64,000 nucleotides of DNA, from contig JASTWF010000339.1 in assembly GCA_030390025.1 (NCBI GenBank), positions 310,001 to 374,000 of the forward strand, read 5' to 3'. Below are positions 57,620 through 64,000 of the stretch, piece by piece. Each line of letters opens with the position of its first letter. Position 1 is the stretch's first letter. Source of the DNA: Squalus acanthias (lineage: Eukaryota). A model generated the notes under the pieces. It made no database searches, was not told the origin of the DNA, and saw nothing but the letters and a program-made list of their open reading frames with translations. The translations under genes and the position numbers were made by a program.

Positions 57620-60150
57620 TACAGCACAGAAACAGGCCATTGGCCCCAGCAGATCTCTGCCGGTGTTTATGCTCCACACGAGCCTCCTCCCAGCCTTCTT
57701 CATCTTCCCCCATCAACATATCCCTCATGAGCTTATCGAGCTTCCCCTTGAAAGCATCTAAACTATTCGCCTCAACCACTCCCTGTGGTAGCGAGTTCCA
57801 CATTCTCACCACTCTCTGGGGAAAGAAGTTTCTCCTGAATTCACTATTGGATTTATTAGTGAATATCTTCTATTTATGGCCCCTAGTTCTGGTCTGGCCG
57901 CAAGTGGAAACATCTTCTCTGTATCTACTCTATCACACCCTTTGATAAACTTAAAGGCCTTCATCAGGTCACCCCACAGACTTCTCTTTTCTGGAGAAAA
58001 GAGCCCCAGCCAGTTCAATCCTTTCAATAGGTATAATCTCTCAGTTCTGGGATCATTTTTTCTGCACCTTCTCCGGTGCCTCTATATCCTTTGTGAGGCA
58101 AGGGAGAAGATTGCAGGGGCTCTGACACAAATTTTCAGAACCTCTCTGGCCACAGGGGAGGTGCAAGAGGACTGGAGGACAGCTAACATAGTACCATTAT
58201 TCAAGAAGGGTAGTAGGGATAAACCAGGGAATTACAGGCCAGTGAGCCTAACATCAGTGGTAGGGAAATTATTGGAAAAAATTCTGAGGGACAGAATTAG
58301 TCTCCACTTGGAGAGGCAAGGATTAATCAAGGATAGTCAGCATGGCTTTGTCAGGGGGAGATCATGTCTAACCAATTTGATTGAATTTTTCGAGGGGATG
58401 GCTAGGTGTGTGGATGAGGGTAGTGCAGTTGATGTAGTCTACATGGACTTCAGTAAGGCTTTTGACAAAGTCCCGCATGGGAGACTGGTCAAGAAGGTAA
58501 GAGCCCATGGGATCCAGGTGGTTGGAGTCTGGAACTCACTGCCTGAAAGGGTGGTAGAGGCAGGAACCCTCACAACATTCAAGAAGCATTTAGATGAGCA
58601 CTTGAAGCGCCATAGCATACAAGGCTGCGGACCAAGTGCTGGAAAATGGGATTAGAATAGACTGGGCTTGATGGCTGGCGCGGACACGATGGGCCGAAGG
58701 GGCTCTTTCTGTGCTGTATAACTCTATGACTCTATAATATGGACACCAAAACTGTGCCCAGTGCTCCAACTGTGGTCTAACCAAGGTTCAATACAAGTTT
58801 CACCTAACCTCTCTGCTTTTCAATTCTGACCCTCTAGTGCTACTTGTCTCTCCCAGTCCCCTCTACACCTTGTTTCTCCTCTCTAATGTTTCATCCTGGT
58901 GCCCACCCCCCTGTCAAATTAATTTAAAGCCTCCCCCACAGCACTAGTTAACCTTCCCGCGAGGACATTGGTCCCAGCTCTGTTGAGGTGCAACCCATCC
59001 ACCTTGGACAGGTCCCTCCTGCCCCAGAACTGGTCCCAATGCCCCAGGAATCTGAAGTCCTCCTTCCTATCGAATCCCCTGTGACCACTGCATTTCTACA
59101 CTTTGCTGTGCCCTGCTGTGCAGTCATTTCATAGAATCATAGAATGGTTACAGCACGGAAGAAGGCCATTCGGCCCGTCGAGCCCGTGCCGGCTCTCTGC
59201 AAGAGCACCTCAGCTAGTCCCACTCCCCCGCCCTTTCCCCGTAGCCCTGCAATATTTTTTCTTTCAAGTAATTATCCAATTCCCTTTTGAAAGCCGTGAT
59301 TCAGTCTGCCTCCACCACCCTTTCAGGCAGTGCATTCCAGATCCTAACCACTCGCTGCGTAAAAAAGGTTTTTCTTATGTTGCCTTTGGTTCTTTTGCCA
59401 ATCACCTTAAATCTGTGTCCTCTGGTTCTCGACCCCTCTGCCAATGGGAAGAGTTTCTCTCTATCTACTCTGTCCAGACCCCTCATGATTTTGAACACCT
59501 CTGTCAAATCTCCTCTCAATCTTCTTTGCTCTAAGGAGAACAACCACAGCTTCTGCTGTCTATCCACGTAACTGAAGTCCCTCATCCCTGGAATCATTCT
59601 CATAAATCTTTTCTGCAGCCTCTCTCAGGCCTTTACATCCTTCCTAAAGTGCGGTGCCCAAAATTGGACACAATACTCCAGTTCAGGCCGAACCAGTGTT
59701 TTATACAGGTTCATCATAATTTCAATGCTTTTGTACTCTATACCTCTATTCATGAAGCCCAGTTTCCCGTATGCTTTTTTAACTGCTTTCTCAACCTGCC
59801 CTGCCACCTTCAACGATTTGTGCACATATACCCCCAGGTCTCTCTGTTCGTGCACCCACATTAGGATTCTACCCTTTAGTTTATATTTCCTTTCCTCATT
59901 CTTTCTACCAAAATGTATCACTTCACATTTTTCTGCGTTAAATTTCATCTGTCACGTGTCCGCCCAGTCCACCAGCCTGTCTATGTCCTCTTGAAGACTA
60001 TCACGATCTTCCTCACTGTTCACTATACTTCCAAGTTTTGTGTCATCTGCGAATTTTGAAATTGTGCCCTGTACACCCACATCCAAATCATTAATATAGA
60101 TCAAGAAAAGCAGTGGTCCTAGAACCGACCCCTGGAGAACACCACTGTAT
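57620..60150. mobile_element. Nest of CR1 fragments (- 57620-58092 and 58735-59060; + 58093-58730 with internal deletion at ~58517; - 59130-60150)
   Basis: CR1 RT and 3'-end motifs on both strands. Confidence 0.85.
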
Positions 60151-60387
60151 GCTCATTTACCCGGGCCAGATCCTTTCTCACCCCACTGAAATTGGCCTTG
60201 CCCCACAGTGCAGTGGATGTGCTCTAGATTGCACTCCCCCCGAGGTGTCGTCACCCTCACTGGTATTCAGCACTGAAAACCGGTTTGAGAGCGCCGCACT
60301 CCCGGGGGATTCCTGCACTGCCTTGCCTCCTCAAACCCTGCTGGGCGGCCACCCAGTTACAATTCCCACGAAAGTATTGATTAATAT

Positions 60388-60735
60388 ACATTCTCCCCGT
60401 GTCTGCGTGGGTTTCCTCCGGGTGCTCCGGTTTCCTCCCACAGTCCAAAAATGTGCGGGTTAGGTTGATTTGGCTAAGATAAATTGACCCTTAGTGTTAG
60501 GGGGGGATTAAATATGTGGGGTTATGGGGAGAGGATGGGATATGTTAGGGGGAATTAAATACGTGGGGTTACGGGGGTAGGGTGGGATATGTGTACTGTG
60601 GGGATTAAAGCAGGGACAGGGTACTGGATTTGAATGATCAGCCATGATCGTATTGAATGGTGGAGCAGGCTCGACGGGCCGAATGGCCTACTCCTGCTCC
60701 AAGATTCTATGTTTCTATGTATGTTTCTATGTTTT
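60388..60735 (+). mobile_element. 5'-truncated HE1-like SINE
   Basis: Reverse complement of 55630-55965. Confidence 0.82.
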
Positions 60736-60859
60736 CCCCCTGTTTATTATTCAATCAGTGATTGTCCCTCTCCCAGATTCCAGCCCCAGCTCTGTGCTGA
60801 CTGAGCTGCTCTCACCTGGGGACAGCGCGTCACAATCGGCCCCAGCGCACCTGAGCTGG

Positions 60860-61410
60860 TCACCAGGTCCCACCCCCTTGCCGCGCCGCCATTGGTTGGA
60901 GGACCCGCAGCCAGTTGGCTCCGCAGCCAGTTGGCTCCGCCCGCGCTCTTCCTATTGGTCAGAGCTTCCGTCAGTCACAGGCTGTGCCCCGGGGATCACG
61001 TGCTCCGGTGCACTCCGCCCCCTCGCCACCCCACGTGACGGGCGCGGCTGAATCCATTGGATTCCATTGGTGTCCCGGGAGTTATGCCCGACTTTCAGGC
61101 TTGGATTCCCCTTTATTCTTTCCCCTCCTCTGATCTCAATCGGATCTGGGGGAAAACTCACTTTCCCTCGCTGATTGCGGCTCTTAACCAACACCGACTT
61201 TACAAAGAAAGCCCCGCGCGGCAGCCTGGAGCTCAGGGGCCCAGCGCGCAGGCGCGGGGCAGGATGATTGACAGGGGTCCAGGGTGTGTCCAGAGCATGC
61301 GCAGTGCGGGCCAGGCGCCTGTGGAGCAGGAGAGGGCGGGGTCATAGGGCGCATGCGCGGTGTCAGCCACAACTCAGCGCGGGGGCTTGTGGGGATTGCA
61401 GCCGCCATTA
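60860..61410 (+). promoter_or_regulatory. CpG-rich promoter/first intron of ZNF E
   Basis: Reverse CCAAT boxes, two CACGTG, NRF1-type GCGCATGCGC 61349-61358. Confidence 0.6.
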
Positions 61411-61647
61411 CTGTTGATCCTTTCAACCAACCTGTGCAGCAGCTGGAGCCTGAAAATCAGCTTCACTGCCCCTGGGCTGGGAAAGGGCGACATGAGGCAA
61501 CATTCTCCCTCTTACCCCTTTCTATACTACTTTCACAGGGTTTTAGAAGTGGAACATTTACAGACAGGAAGCTCAGACCAAACATCACGTCAAGATCAGA
61601 CAGAGTCGCTCAATTCATCAGGACGTGAATATCATCAGCCTTTGCAC

Positions 61648-62437
61648 ATGGAAGGGGAGACCAGTAATCGCAGCGCGGACAAACCGCACACGTGTTCCGT
61701 GTGTGGGAAGGGATTTGTTTATCCATTACACCTGCAGACACACCAGCTTGTTCACACTGATGAGAGACCCTTTACATGTTCTGACTGGGAAGAGCTTTAA
61801 ATGCTCTGGCGATCTGGAAGGACACCAGAGAGCTCATACTGATGAGAGGCCATTTACATGTTCTGACTGTGGGAAGAGCTTTAAAAGCTCTGGGGTTCTG
61901 ACGACACACCAGCGAGCTCACACTGGGGAGAGGCCCTTCACCTGCTCCATGTGTGGGAAGGGATTTGTTTATCCATCTCACCTGGGGAGACACCAGCGAG
62001 TTCACACTGACGAGAGACCATTTAAATGTTCTGACTTTGGGAAGAGCTTCAAAAGCTCCCAGGAGCTGAAGCAACACCAGCACCTCCACACTGGGGAGAG
62101 GCCGTTCACCTGCTCTGTGTGTGGGAAGGGATTTGCTCGGTCTTCCAACCTGCTGAGACACCAGCGTTTAAACAGTGGAGAGAGACCGTTCACCTGCTCG
62201 GTGTGTGGGAAGGAATTCTCTCTGTTTTCGAATCTGCAGACACACCGGCGAGTTCACACAGATGAGAGACCATTTACATGTTCTGACTGTGGGAAGAGCT
62301 TTAAAAGGTCCGGGGATCTGAAGGGGCACCAGCGAGTTCACACTGGGGAGAGGCCTTTCACCTGCTCCGTGTGTGGGAAGGGATTCACTCAATCATCCCA
62401 GCTGCTGAAACACCAGCGAGTGCACACTGTCCATTAG
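61648..62437 (+). pseudogene. C2H2 zinc-finger gene E, paralog of D, with a 2-nt deletion at ~61786
   Basis: gactGGGaag in place of gactGTGGGaag shifts the frame to TAA at 61800; downstream fingers are open to 62437. Confidence 0.75.
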
Positions 62438-62909
62438 CGCAGGGCCCTGCAGACAGCTGGGGTGACATGAACGTGGAATGGATGAATGTTTTAGAAATTC
62501 TTGTGCTGCTGTTTAATCTTTAAGACTGTTGTGCTGATGATTCCCTTCATTTGCCTGTTCATGGTGTTACATAGAATGTACAGCACAGAAACAGGCCATT
62601 CGGTCCAACTGGTCCATGCCAGTGTTTATGCTCCACACCCACCCTACTTCAACTAACCCTATCAACATATCCTCCTATTCCTTTCTCATGTGATTTCCCC
62701 ATAAATGCAGCTATGCTATTCACTTCAATCTTCCTTGTGGTAGTGAGTTCCACATTCCCACCACTCTCTGGGTAAAGAAATTTCTCCTGAATTCCCTCCT
62801 GGATTTGTTGGTGACTATTTTATATTTATGGCCCCATAAATATGATGAGATTCTGTTAAGCTGACCAGTATGTTGTTGTACTTTGTCTTTTTCTGATAAA
62901 TGAAACATT

Positions 62910-64000
62910 ACAATGGGGAACGGTAACATAGTGGTTATGTTACTGGACTGGTAATACCACCAAGGCAGCTGGGAATTGAAATTCAGTTCATTCAATAAAA
63001 CTGGAATAAAAAGCTAGTATCAGTAAGGGTGACCATGAAACTATCGGATTGTGGTAAAAACCCATCTGGTTCACTAATGTCCTTTAGGGAAATAATCTGC
63101 CGTCCTACAGGTGACTCCAGACCCACAGCAATGTGGTTGACTCTTAACGGCCCTCTGAAATGACCTCACAAGCCACTCACTATGAAAAACAATAATAAGA
63201 ATGAAACCAGATGGACCACCCGGCATCAACCTCAGCACCGGCTTCGGACATGACAATGGCTCACCCAGCCCAGTCGACCCTGCAAAGTCCTCCTCACTAA
63301 CATGGGGACTTGTGCCAAAATTGGGAGAGCTGTCCCACAGACTAGTCAAGCAACAACCTCATAGTCATACTCACAGAATCATACCTTTCAGGCCAATGTC
63401 CCAGACTCCTCCATCACCATCCCTGGGTATGTCCTGTCCCACCGGCAGGACAGACTCACCAGAGGTGGCAGCACAGTGGTATACAGTCGGGAGGGAGTGG
63501 CCCTGGGAGTCCTCAACATTGACTCCGGACTCCATGAAGTCTCGTGGCTTCAGGTCAAGCACGGGCAATGAAACCTCCTGCAGATTATCACCTACCGCCC
63601 TCACTCAGCTGATGAATCAGTACTCCTCCATGTTGAACACCACTTGGAAGAAGCACTGAAGGTAGCAAGGGCACAGAATGCACTCTGGGTGGGGGACTTC
63701 AATGTCCATCACCAAGCTCAGTAGCACCACAACTGACCGAGGTGCCCAAGTCCTGAAGGATATAGCTGCCAGACCAGGACTGCGGCAGGTGGTGAGAGAA
63801 CCAACACGAGGCAAAAACCTACTTGACCTCGTCCTCACCAATCTACCTGTCGCAGATGCATCTGTCCATGACAGCATTGGTAGCAGTGACCACTGAACAG
63901 TCCTTGTGGAGACGAAATTCTGCCTTTATGCTGAGGACACCCTCCATCGTGTTGTGTGGCACTACCATCGTGCTAAATGGGATAGATTCAGAACAGATCC
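62910..64000 (+). mobile_element. Decayed LINE 5' region with APE endonuclease, runs off the window
   Basis: Broken frames with ..GGGT.., YRP, WVGDFNVHH, EPTRGKNLLDLVLTN, GSSDH. Confidence 0.8.

Overview
This is vertebrate genomic DNA, most likely from a cartilaginous fish (shark), inferred from HE1-like V-SINEs, SacSINE1-like Deu-domain SINEs, CR1 LINEs and the zinc-finger gene style. The window is a cluster of KRAB-less C2H2 zinc-finger genes: three open-frame copies (A 8552-9085 +, C 42274-42888 +, D 45851-47230 +), two damaged copies (B, -, start ATG replaced by ACG; E, +, frameshifted) and several orphan 3'-end remnants. These sit in a dense nest of mobile elements: a Tx1-clade LINE, many CR1 copies (one intact 966-aa ORF2, one full-length decayed copy), four Penelope-like insertions carrying minimal hammerhead ribozyme motifs, two very young head-to-head copies of one Gypsy/Mag-like LTR retrotransposon, solo LTRs, an ERV 3' end, a Harbinger-like MITE and several minisatellites. 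The most notable observations are: (1) the Gypsy family has no tRNA primer-binding site but a 13-nt perfect complement to its own LTR (candidate self-priming), a YLDN RT motif and an integrase frameshift shared by both independent insertions; (2) one copy inserted inside the 3' splice acceptor of ZNF gene C; (3) five hammerhead motifs; (4) an unexplained CpG-dense, hairpin-flanked repeat module at about 4.6-5.3 kb. Coordinates were read by eye and TE family names were not database-checked.
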